64,000 nucleotides of DNA. Origin: SAR202 cluster bacterium. GTDB taxonomy: Bacteria; Chloroflexota; Dehalococcoidia; Lucifugimonadales; Australimonadaceae. Location: assembly GCA_016872415.1 (NCBI GenBank), contig VGZX01000001.1, positions 10,287-74,286 of the forward strand. The letters run 5' to 3'. A program made the position numbers and the translations under genes. The notes under the pieces were generated by a model, which worked only from the letters and a program-made list of their open reading frames with translations, searched no databases and was not told the DNA's origin. Positions 8,744 to 17,669 of the stretch are shown one piece after another (within the stretch, counting starts at the first letter, position 1; every line of letters starts with the position of its first letter).

Positions 8744-9724
8744 GTGGTTTTTCGCCTCTTCCGCCAGAAAGAAAAGACGCAACAGGCCCTTGCCAAGACT
8801 CGCCGGGGCTGGGGCGGCGGGCTGCTGGATATGTTCAGGCGCCACCGCGAGATCACCGACGAACTGTGGGATGAACTGGAAGAGGCGCTCGTCGCCGCCG
8901 ACGTGGGCGTCGAAACGTCGTTGAACCTGGTGAAGTCGGTGCGGACCCGCGTGCGCGAGGAAGGCGCCCGGGACGACGACGACCTCGTCGAGATATTCAA
9001 GGAAGAGGTCACCTTCTTCCTTGAGGGCACGCCGGAGCAGGCCAAGGCTGCCTCCGCCGTCTGGCGGTGGTACGAGCAAGAGAACCTACCCGTCAAGCCC
9101 TTCGTACTGCTGGTAGTCGGCGTGAACGGTGTCGGCAAGACGACGAGCATCGCGAAGATGGCGAACCATTACGCCAAGATGGGCAAGAAGGTGGTCATCG
9201 GCGCCGGCGACACGTTTCGGGCGGCGGCGGTCGAGCAGCTGCGCGTCTGGGGCGACCGGCTGGGGGTCGACGTGATCGCCCATCAACAGGGCGCCGACCC
9301 CGCAGCGGTGGCATTCGACGCCTACCAGGCGGCCGTGGCCCGGGGCGCCGATGTGTTGATTTTCGATACAGCGGGCCGCCTGCACACGAAAGGCCCGCTC
9401 ATCGAGGAGCTCCGCAAGGTGCATCGTGTTTTCGAGCGCCAATCGGCGGACCTCCCGCACCAAGTGTTGCTGGTGCTCGACGCGACGACCGGCCACAACG
9501 GCCTTGAGCAGGCGCGCGTGTTCAAGGAGGCCGTTGGCGTGGACGGCGTGTTCCTTGCCAAGCTCGACGGCACGGCGAAGGGTGGAATCGTCGTCGCGAT
9601 CGCCCAGGAGCTGCGGCTCCCCGTGGTGTTCATCGGCACGGGCGAAGGCCTGGATGACCTCTCGCTGTTCAACACGGACGACTTTGTCGATGCGCTGTTC
9701 GGTGACCGCGAAGCAGCCGCCTAG
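8744..9724 (+). CDS. ftsY: Signal recognition particle receptor FtsY
   Basis: G1 motif [16 protein letters not shown], plus DTAGR and [11 protein letters not shown] motifs. Start set at GTG 8744 ([20 protein letters not shown]) with GGTGAG 6 nt upstream. The ORF is open from 8696. Confidence 0.85.
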   Translation: MVFRLFRQKEKTQQALAKTRRGWGGGLLDMFRRHREITDELWDELEEALVAADVGVETSLNLVKSVRTRVREEGARDDDDLVEIFKEEVTFFLEGTPEQAKAASAVWRWYEQENLPVKPFVLLVVGVNGVGKTTSIAKMANHYAKMGKKVVIGAGDTFRAAAVEQLRVWGDRLGVDVIAHQQGADPAAVAFDAYQAAVARGADVLIFDTAGRLHTKGPLIEELRKVHRVFERQSADLPHQVLLVLDATTGHNGLEQARVFKEAVGVDGVFLAKLDGTAKGGIVVAIAQELRLPVVFIGTGEGLDDLSLFNTDDFVDALFGDREAAA

Positions 9725-12457
9725 GTGGCATTGGCAATAATGTTGGCAACGCCGTTGCTATGGCTCGTCGTCGTCGAGCTACTTGCGATAGTGGCGTTCC
9801 CGTTGGCGTTCCGTGCGTTTTCCCGGCTACCCGATCGTGGCTGGGCATTCAGCAAGCCCCTTGGCGTGTTGCTCACCGCCTACATCGCCTGGTTGATCGG
9901 CCTCACCCGTCTCGTGGAATCGTCGCGGTGGACCGCCTTCGCGGCGGCGTGCCTCGTCATCGCGCTCTCGGTGCTCGCCATGCAGACCGGCAGGGCCACC
10001 ATCGACGAGATCCGGGCGTTCATCCGTGAGCGGTGGCGCACCATCGCCGCCACCGAGATCGTGTTCATCGCGGCGTTCGCGCTCGTCGTGCTGCTCCGGG
10101 CCAACGTGCCCGCGATCACGCACACCGAGCAGCCCATGGACTTCCTGTTCCTCAACGCCGCCGTGACGAGCCCGCACTATCCGCCGAACGACCCGTGGCT
10201 CGCCGGTCATCCGGTCTCCTACTACTACTTCGGCTATGTCATTGTCGGCACGGTCACGATGCTGACCAACACGGCGACGCCCGTGGCCTACAATCTGGGC
10301 CTCGCCCTCGCTGCCGCGCTGGCCGCGGTCGGCGTTTTTGGGCTGGTCGGAAACCTCGTGCGGTTGGCCCGCGGCTCGGAGGCGGCGGCGATGGTCGCCG
10401 GCGTGGGTGGCGTGTGGCTGCTGCTCGTCGCCAGCAATGCCGTGGGTGCGTTGGAGCTGGTGCGCGCGGCGGGCGCGGGAACGGAGCGATTTTGGAGCGG
10501 CGTCGGCATCGACGGACTCACGGCACCGAGCGGCCCGGCCAACGAATGGTATCCGGGCGAGGTCTGGTGGTGGTGGCGCGCGACCAGGGTGATCCCCGGC
10601 ACCATCAACGAGTTTCCGGCCTTCAGCTTCCTGCTTGGCGACCTGCACCCGCACGTCATGTCCATTGGCTTCCTCGTGCTGGCGGCCGGCGTCGCGACGC
10701 AGGCCTACCTACAGCCGAGGCTGTTGGCATGGGCGTCGGCGCGAGCGTCGTGGCCGTTGCTGGCGGTCGCCGCCGTGTCGGTCGGAGCGCTGGCCGCGAT
10801 CAACCTGTGGGACTTTCCGGTGGCCCTGCTGTTGGTGGCCGGCGCGCTGCTGCTGAACGCGGCGCGCCATGGACGCCAGGTCCAGTGGCGCCTCGCCAGG
10901 GCGTTGGTGCTCTCGGCATTACTGTTCGGGGTGAGCCTGGTGCTGTTCGCCTCCTTTTACGCGACGTTCGACGCGCAGGCGAAGGGCATGCTGCGGCTGA
11001 CGGACATCAGCTCTCGCCCATTGCACCTGGCGGTGGTGTGGGGTCTGCCGGGGCTGCTTGCGCTGGGCCTGTTGGCGGCCGCGTCGCCGGCGGCGTTCGC
11101 CGTGCGTCCCCATGCCATGCGCCTGGGCATTGCCGCCGCCATCGGCTTCGCGCCGGCGCTGCTGTGGCTGCAGCCGCTCTGGGGCGCCGTGCTGTACCTC
11201 ATCGCGATTGCCTTCTTCATCTTGCATCAAGCCGGCTACCGCATGAGGCGGTTCGACGAGATGTCGGTCGGCACGGGCACCGCCGTGCTCGCGTGGATCG
11301 TGGGGGCCGCCGTGGCCGGCGTGGTGCTCATTCAGGGCCTGGCGACGGCCGATGGCGACGGGTTCGGCGCGCTCACCCGGCTTCAAGTCGTGGTGCCGAT
11401 GGGCATGGTCGTTTCGGCGGCCATCTTCACGGCCTGGTCGTTGGCGAAGGGCGCCGGCGAGCCGGCTTCATCACCCTTCGGCGCCGAGGCGCGCGAGGCG
11501 GAGCAGTTGGCGCCCGCCGACGGCGCGGTGCCCGCGTTGGGCGTGCTGGCCGTGGGCGCGTTGCTGATCATGGGCGCGGAGCTGTTTTGGGTGGTCGATG
11601 GGTTCGGCGGCGTCAACGCGGCGGTATTCCAGACGCGCGGCATCAACGGCTGGTTGACACTGCTGTGGGGCCTGCTCACCGATTCCGGCGTGCGCGATGC
11701 GGTGGGCGGCCTGATGAGCGGCACCAATCCGGACGGTGGCCCCCTGGGCGGCCTCCGTCGGATGAACACGGTGTTCAAGCTCTATTACCAGGCTTGGACG
11801 TTGTTGGCGGTGGTGGGTGGGTTCGCCGCGTGGTACGTCTGCTCGCGGTGCAGCTTCCGCACGCTGTCCGGCCGAGCCGGCTTCGTGGCGTGGAGCGCGT
11901 TGTTGGCCTTGGGGGCCGGCGCTCTTGGCTACTATGCGCTGGCCGGCGCCGAATCGAGGTACTCCGAGAGCAATGCCGCCTTGACGCTGGACGGGCAAGC
12001 GCATGTATGGTCGTCGGCTGCCCCGGAGGCTGAGGCCATCGCGTGGATACGCGGGAATGCTCCCCGCGATGCCGTGGTGGTCGAGGCGGCGGTGGTGCGC
12101 TGTGGCGACGCGTCGGGCTTTTGCAGCGACTGGACGGACGCGGGCCGGATCGCGTCGAGCACCGGCAGGCCTACCATTTTGGGATGGGAGCCGCACGAGC
12201 GCCAGTGGCGGGACGGTAGTCTGGTCGAGGGACGCGCCGAGGACGTGCGGGTGCTTTACTCGACGAATGACCACGCGACCGCCGCCGAGCTGCTGCGTCG
12301 ATACCGCGTGCGCTATGTCGTGATCGGACCGCGCGAGCGAAGCTCCTACGGCACGGATGGCGTGGGCAAGTGGGAGGCGCTCGGCACGCGGGTCTTCGGC
12401 GCGGGCGAAGGAACCAGTGGAGAGGTGCTGATCTATGACGTGGGGGCCGCGACGTGA
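9725..12457 (+). CDS. Large polytopic membrane protein, YYY-motif / DUF2298-like
   Basis: 910 aa with many TM segments. Contains EQPMDFLFLNA and HPVSYYYFGY (TAC TAC TAC at 10220-10228). A soluble C-terminal domain is present. The GTG start abuts the ftsY stop; ATG 9740 is an alternative. Confidence 0.75.
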   Translation: MALAIMLATPLLWLVVVELLAIVAFPLAFRAFSRLPDRGWAFSKPLGVLLTAYIAWLIGLTRLVESSRWTAFAAACLVIALSVLAMQTGRATIDEIRAFIRERWRTIAATEIVFIAAFALVVLLRANVPAITHTEQPMDFLFLNAAVTSPHYPPNDPWLAGHPVSYYYFGYVIVGTVTMLTNTATPVAYNLGLALAAALAAVGVFGLVGNLVRLARGSEAAAMVAGVGGVWLLLVASNAVGALELVRAAGAGTERFWSGVGIDGLTAPSGPANEWYPGEVWWWWRATRVIPGTINEFPAFSFLLGDLHPHVMSIGFLVLAAGVATQAYLQPRLLAWASARASWPLLAVAAVSVGALAAINLWDFPVALLLVAGALLLNAARHGRQVQWRLARALVLSALLFGVSLVLFASFYATFDAQAKGMLRLTDISSRPLHLAVVWGLPGLLALGLLAAASPAAFAVRPHAMRLGIAAAIGFAPALLWLQPLWGAVLYLIAIAFFILHQAGYRMRRFDEMSVGTGTAVLAWIVGAAVAGVVLIQGLATADGDGFGALTRLQVVVPMGMVVSAAIFTAWSLAKGAGEPASSPFGAEAREAEQLAPADGAVPALGVLAVGALLIMGAELFWVVDGFGGVNAAVFQTRGINGWLTLLWGLLTDSGVRDAVGGLMSGTNPDGGPLGGLRRMNTVFKLYYQAWTLLAVVGGFAAWYVCSRCSFRTLSGRAGFVAWSALLALGAGALGYYALAGAESRYSESNAALTLDGQAHVWSSAAPEAEAIAWIRGNAPRDAVVVEAAVVRCGDASGFCSDWTDAGRIASSTGRPTILGWEPHERQWRDGSLVEGRAEDVRVLYSTNDHATAAELLRRYRVRYVVIGPRERSSYGTDGVGKWEALGTRVFGAGEGTSGEVLIYDVGAAT

Positions 12458-14433
12458 GGGCCGCTAGCACCGGGGCGGTTGCGGCGCCGCCGAGGGAGGA
12501 GGCGGCTCAGCGTCTGCCTCGGCTCACCTGGGTCGGTGTCGTGTATGCGGTCATCATGTTGGCGGCGGTCGTCACGCGGCTGTGGGACCTGGGCGGGCGG
12601 GCGCTGCACTACGACGAGATATTGCACGCCTGGTACTCGTGGCGGTTCGCCGAGGGCCTTGGCTACTCGCACACGCCGGTGACGCACGGCCCCTTCCTGT
12701 TTCACGCCAACGCCCTGATCTACACCGTATTCGGGTCGAGCGACGTGACGGCGCGGATACTGCCGGCGCTGTTCGGCATCGCGCTCGTCGGCATGCCGTG
12801 GTTTCTCCGCAAGGAGCTCGGCCGGGCCGGCGCCATCGCCATGAGCGTGCTGTTGCTCGTCTCGCTCAACATCCTCTACTTCTCGCGGTTCATTCGCGAC
12901 GATGTCTACATGGCCGTTTACATGCTGGCGGCGGTCATCGTCATCATGCGTTACCGCGAGGCGCCCAAGACATGGATGCTGCTCGCCTGGACGGTGATTT
13001 GGGTGCTGGCGTTCGCCACATTGGAGAGCGCGCACATCTTCGCCGGGGTGTTCGGCCTGGCGCTGCTGGTTTGGGACGCGCCGGCCTGGTGGGCCTGGGC
13101 GCGCGGCCGCTTGCCGCTTTCCCAGCTGCCTCCGCTCGCCGTGCTGCTCCTGCTGCTGGTGACCCTCACGCTGCCGTTGTGGGCCCCGGCCGTCGGGCTG
13201 TTCCGAGGCCTGTTCGACATCATCCTCGTCAATCCGGACGCGAACGATCCACGCGTGATGTCGGGTGAGCTGTTCCGGGCCAACGCCGAGACAGGCGCGC
13301 CAGTCGGCGGCGCCATGTACGTCGCGGCGTTCATCGTCGTGCTGTTCGCCGCCATCGCGATCGCGATGGGCCTCATGTGGAACCGGCGGCTCTGGCCGCT
13401 GCTCGCCGGCACGTTCGTCATCATCTGGCTCACGCTTTACACCAGCGTGTTCACCAACTGGAAGGGCTTTTTCACGGGCCTGTGGGGCTCGCTGGGGTAC
13501 TGGATCGCGCAGCATGGCGTGGAGCGGGCGAACCAACCCGTGTATTACTACGTGCTGAGCCTCGGCACCTATGAATTCTTCATCCTTAGTGCGTTCATCG
13601 GTGGCGCCATCTACATCGTCGCGCGGCGCACCCCCGCCCGGTTATTCTTCCTCTATTGGGCGCTGGCCGCCTTCGCGGTGTTCTCGTGGGCCGGCGAGCG
13701 CATGCCCTGGATCGTGATGCACATCGTCCTGCCGATGGCCGCGGTCGCCGGCTTGGGCATCGGCGCGCTCGTGGAAGGCTTCCGGCGGGCCTCCGTTCCG
13801 GGCGTTGCGGCGCGCGGCATCGCGGCGGCCGGCCTGGCGGCCCTGCTCGTGCTCACCGGCATCGTGGCGCAGCGCGCGGCCTTCGCCTACGACAGCTTCG
13901 AACGGCCCAACGAGCTGCTGGTCTATTCGCAGACCGGGCAGCACACGAAGTACGCGACGGAGTGTATCGAAACGCTCGCCGACCGCAGCGGCAGGGGGCG
14001 CGACGGGCTGCGGGTGTTCGTCGGCGAGGATGACAACAATGCCTGGCAATGGCGCTGGTACTTGCGGAACTACCGGAACGTCGAATACCGCTTCGTCGGT
14101 AGCCAGCCGCAGGCCGTGCCGCCCAACGCGGACGTGCTGCTCATCGCCTCCAGCTTGCGCGCGAACATCGCGCCACAGCTCGGCGGCTTCACCAAGATCG
14201 GCGACTACCACCAGCTCTGGTGGTTCCCCAACTATGTCTACACCGGGCTGACGCCCTCGCGAGTGCTGAAGAACATCACGACGAAAGAGGCGTGGCTCGG
14301 CCCAGCCAACTATGTGTGGTCGCGCGAGGTCGGCACTCCCATGTATCGGTCCGATGCGGAGATGTACGTGTCGAATGATCTGGCGCCGCTGGTGACGGGG
14401 TGCCTGGCCGACCGCGCGACGCGGACTTCCTAG
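12454..14433 (+). CDS. GT-C type glycosyltransferase-like membrane protein (TIGR03663/PMT_2-like)
   Basis: 659 aa. N-terminal LHYDEILHAWYSWRF...THGPFLFH followed by multiple TM segments and a soluble C-terminal domain. GTGA overlap with the upstream gene. Confidence 0.7.
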   Translation: MRAASTGAVAAPPREEAAQRLPRLTWVGVVYAVIMLAAVVTRLWDLGGRALHYDEILHAWYSWRFAEGLGYSHTPVTHGPFLFHANALIYTVFGSSDVTARILPALFGIALVGMPWFLRKELGRAGAIAMSVLLLVSLNILYFSRFIRDDVYMAVYMLAAVIVIMRYREAPKTWMLLAWTVIWVLAFATLESAHIFAGVFGLALLVWDAPAWWAWARGRLPLSQLPPLAVLLLLLVTLTLPLWAPAVGLFRGLFDIILVNPDANDPRVMSGELFRANAETGAPVGGAMYVAAFIVVLFAAIAIAMGLMWNRRLWPLLAGTFVIIWLTLYTSVFTNWKGFFTGLWGSLGYWIAQHGVERANQPVYYYVLSLGTYEFFILSAFIGGAIYIVARRTPARLFFLYWALAAFAVFSWAGERMPWIVMHIVLPMAAVAGLGIGALVEGFRRASVPGVAARGIAAAGLAALLVLTGIVAQRAAFAYDSFERPNELLVYSQTGQHTKYATECIETLADRSGRGRDGLRVFVGEDDNNAWQWRWYLRNYRNVEYRFVGSQPQAVPPNADVLLIASSLRANIAPQLGGFTKIGDYHQLWWFPNYVYTGLTPSRVLKNITTKEAWLGPANYVWSREVGTPMYRSDAEMYVSNDLAPLVTGCLADRATRTS

Positions 14434-14508
14434 CGCCTGCCATGCCGAGCGCAACCCGCAGAGGAGTGGTCCATGCGCCATCGAGGGTGTGAAGGGAAGG
14501 GGGCATAG

Positions 14509-15567
14509 GTGCTTGCGAACCGGCGCTTCTGGATCGGCGCGGCCGTCACGGCCGCCTTCCTGCTGCTGCTTTTCTGGCAGATCGACGTGGGAGAGATGCT
14601 GTCCGCGCTCGGACAAGCCAACTACGTCTACATCGTGCCGGGCGTGCTCATCTACTTCGTCTCCCTCTACTTCCGCGCATTCCGGTGGCGCTTCCTGCTG
14701 GGGTCCTTCGCCGAGTTGCGGACGTGGCGGCTGTATCCGGTGGTGCTGGTCGGCTACATGGCGAACAACCTAGTGCCCATGCGCCTCGGCGAGGTGGCCC
14801 GGTCGTATTTCCTCTCGACCCGCGAGCCGGTGCGCGGCTCGACGGCGCTGGCGACGATCATTGTCGAGCGCGTGTTCGATGGGCTGGCGCTGCTGTCGCT
14901 ACTGGCGCTCGCGGGCCTCGCCCTGCCGATCGGCGACCTCATCGCGCGCACCTCCGACGCGGTGCGCCTCGTGCCGGGCGTCGTGGTCGCGGTCTTCGTG
15001 TTGCCGTTCATCGTGGCGCTGGCGCTCATGGCGCTCGCGGCGTTGTATCCCGACAGGATGCGCGAGTTCATGGCCTTGTTCGTGCGGCGGCTGCCCGCGC
15101 GCTTCCAAGAGCGCGTGATGGCCCTGCTCGAGCGGTTCCTCATCGGGTTCGCGGGCCTGCACCGCCCCCGGCGCCTCGCGACGGCATTGCTGCTGTCGCT
15201 GCCGATCTGGCTCGCCGAGGCCGCGATGTATTTCGTCATCGGGATCGGGTTCGGCCTGTACGATGCCTTCGACGGCTTCATGCACGCCGCCGCCGCGATA
15301 CTGATGGTGACGGCGCTGTCCAACCTCGCCACGTCGTTGCCGTCGTCGCAGGGATCGGTCGGCCCCTTCGAGTTCTTCGCGTCGATCACGCTGGTCGGCC
15401 TCGGTGTCGATGGCGGAACGGCCTCGGCCTACGCCGTCGTGCTGCACGCGGCGCTACTGTTGCCGCCGGTGGTCGCCGGCCTGGCCTACCTCGCGAGCCG
15501 CAGCGTGAGCCTCGGCCAGCTGACGCGCGGCGCGGCCCCAACCCCAGCCAAGGATAAGAGCGCGTGA
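14509..15567 (+). CDS. Flippase-like membrane protein (UPF0104 / LPG-synthase TM-domain family)
   Basis: 352 aa with about 8 TM segments. Typical FRAFRWRFLL motif near the N-terminus. Confidence 0.65.
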   Translation: MLANRRFWIGAAVTAAFLLLLFWQIDVGEMLSALGQANYVYIVPGVLIYFVSLYFRAFRWRFLLGSFAELRTWRLYPVVLVGYMANNLVPMRLGEVARSYFLSTREPVRGSTALATIIVERVFDGLALLSLLALAGLALPIGDLIARTSDAVRLVPGVVVAVFVLPFIVALALMALAALYPDRMREFMALFVRRLPARFQERVMALLERFLIGFAGLHRPRRLATALLLSLPIWLAEAAMYFVIGIGFGLYDAFDGFMHAAAAILMVTALSNLATSLPSSQGSVGPFEFFASITLVGLGVDGGTASAYAVVLHAALLLPPVVAGLAYLASRSVSLGQLTRGAAPTPAKDKSA

Positions 15568-16901
15568 AAATAGGGATCATCGGTGGTGGCGCGGCGGGGC
15601 TCGCCGCGGCATACGAATTCGGATTGCGAGGCCATCAGGCCGAGGTGTTCGAACGCGCGCCGTTTCTCGGCGGGCAAGCATCCACCTTCCCGGTGGGCGG
15701 CACGCCGCTGGAGCGTGGGTATCATCACCTCTTCCGCAGCGACACCGCGATGACCGGGCTCATGGAGGAGCTCGGGCTGGGCCACCAGATGCGCTGGATC
15801 GACTCCAACGTCGGCTTCTTCAGCCAGGGGCGTATTTGGCGTTTCACCACGCCCATCGACCTCATGCGGTTCGGCCCGCTGCCGCTGCTGGACCGCGTAC
15901 GCCTTGGATTGACGACCATGTACCTGCAGCGGCGGAGGGAGTGGCGATCGCTTGAGCAGCAGACCGCGCGCGAATGGACGCGCAATCGGGCGGGGAAGCG
16001 AGTCTACGAGGTGATCTTCGAGCCGATGCTGCGCGGCAAGTTCGGCGAATACTACGACCAGATCAGCATGGCGTGGCTCTGGAACAAGTTCGCGCTACGC
16101 ACCGCGTCGCGCGGCAAGGGCCTCAAGGGCTACCTGAAGGAGCAGCTCGGCTATCCCATCGGGTCGTTCGCGGAAATCTTCGATACGTTGGCCGAGCGGA
16201 TCAACAAGCAGGGCGGCTCGGTGTGCACGAGCGCCGCCGTGCAGCGCGTCGCCGTGGAGGATGGAGAGGCGAAGGGCCTGGAGGTGCGCGTCGGCAATGG
16301 GCCGGTCGAGCGCCGCGACTACGACCTCGTCCTGGCGACCGTGTCGTCGTACATCTTCCCATCGCTGGTGCCGCCGCTGCCGGAAGACTACGCCAAGCGG
16401 CTGTCCGACGTCGTGTACCTGTCGGCCATCGTGGTCACGTTGGTGCTCGACCGTCAACTGTCACCGGTCTACTGGATGTACGTCGGCGACCGGAGCATGC
16501 CGTTCCTCGGCATGATCGAGCACACGAACCTGATACCCGCGTCGCACTATGGCAATAACCACATCGTCTATCTCACCAACTACCTGAGCAAGAAGCGCCC
16601 GTACTACGCGCTGTCCAAGGACGAGCTGCTGAAGGAGTACGAGCCGCACCTGAAGCGCATCAATTCGGGGTTCGACCTATCGTGGGTGCGCGAATACCAC
16701 TACTTCCGCGAGGACGCGGCGCAGCCGATCGTCACGCGCGGCTACTCGCGGCGCATTCCCGACCATCACACCCCGTTCAAGCGGCTGTACCTCGCGAACA
16801 CGACCCAGATCTACCCGGAGGACCGCGGCACGAACTACAGCGTGCGCATGGGGCGCCAGGTCGCGCGGCTGATGATGGACGACCAGTCCACGGCCGCCTA
16901 G
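15564..16901 (+). CDS. NAD(P)/FAD-dependent oxidoreductase (amine-oxidase / phytoene-desaturase-like)
   Basis: Dinucleotide-binding N-terminus MKIGIIGGGAAGLAAAYEF...FERAPFLGG. GTGA overlap with the upstream gene. Its stop overlaps the convergent PIG-L stop in a CTAG palindrome (16898-16901). Confidence 0.75.
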   Translation: MKIGIIGGGAAGLAAAYEFGLRGHQAEVFERAPFLGGQASTFPVGGTPLERGYHHLFRSDTAMTGLMEELGLGHQMRWIDSNVGFFSQGRIWRFTTPIDLMRFGPLPLLDRVRLGLTTMYLQRRREWRSLEQQTAREWTRNRAGKRVYEVIFEPMLRGKFGEYYDQISMAWLWNKFALRTASRGKGLKGYLKEQLGYPIGSFAEIFDTLAERINKQGGSVCTSAAVQRVAVEDGEAKGLEVRVGNGPVERRDYDLVLATVSSYIFPSLVPPLPEDYAKRLSDVVYLSAIVVTLVLDRQLSPVYWMYVGDRSMPFLGMIEHTNLIPASHYGNNHIVYLTNYLSKKRPYYALSKDELLKEYEPHLKRINSGFDLSWVREYHYFREDAAQPIVTRGYSRRIPDHHTPFKRLYLANTTQIYPEDRGTNYSVRMGRQVARLMMDDQSTAA

Positions 16902-17635
16902 TTGCCGGTCACGCCATCGCCGGGCCAAAGGCCGACGAGCCTGGTGCCGGGTGGCAGCGGCGGCCACGCCTGGTGGAACGCCTCGGTCGGGGAGGGCACC
17001 TTCTCGAACATGTCGGCCAGCCATTGGGCGTCTTCTTGCGATCGGTAGGCGCGGAGTCCCGCCACCTTCTTGGCCCAATGCCGGGCATCGAGCGGAATGT
17101 AGACGTTCGGATCGACCTCCGGGCCGTCGATGTCGAGGCCGAACTGCTTGGCCTCTTCCATATGGATGGCCGTATAGAGCAGCCTCGGCTCGCCGGCGGC
17201 GCCATCGCGGTAGCGGTGGAAGGCTTCGACCGTCGCTTCATGGATGGCGATGTGGTCAGGGTGCCGCGAGATGCCCGTCGGGCCGAACGTGAACACGCAT
17301 TCGGGCCGCGCGCGGCGCATCGCCTCCAGAACCTGGCTCACCAGGCGCTCGCGGTCGGCGTAGCGCAGCTCTTGGTCGCGGTAGGGCAGCATGACCGGCG
17401 AGTGGCGCAAGCCGTAGGACTGGAGTACCGCGCGCTCCTCCGCCTCGCGCGCCGCGCCGAGACCCTCGCGCTCGATGACGAGCCCGCCCGTGCCGAGCGT
17501 GCCCAGCTCGCCGCGTGTCGCCGTGACCACGCGGATGTCGACGCCCCGTTCCGCGTGGAACGACATTGACCCCGCCATCGACGACGTTTCGTCGTCCGGG
17601 TGGGCATACACAGCCAGGATGGACCGTCCGCTCAC
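16898..17635 (-). CDS. PIG-L/LmbE-family N-acetylglucosaminyl deacetylase
   Basis: ILAVYAHPDDE motif and HPDHIAIH zinc-site motif. Confidence 0.8.
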   Translation of the reverse strand: MSGRSILAVYAHPDDETSSMAGSMSFHAERGVDIRVVTATRGELGTLGTGGLVIEREGLGAAREAEERAVLQSYGLRHSPVMLPYRDQELRYADRERLVSQVLEAMRRARPECVFTFGPTGISRHPDHIAIHEATVEAFHRYRDGAAGEPRLLYTAIHMEEAKQFGLDIDGPEVDPNVYIPLDARHWAKKVAGLRAYRSQEDAQWLADMFEKVPSPTEAFHQAWPPLPPGTRLVGLWPGDGVTGN

Positions 17636-17669
17636 GTCGTCCTCGCTTCGGTTCCGGCCTCGTGGGCCG

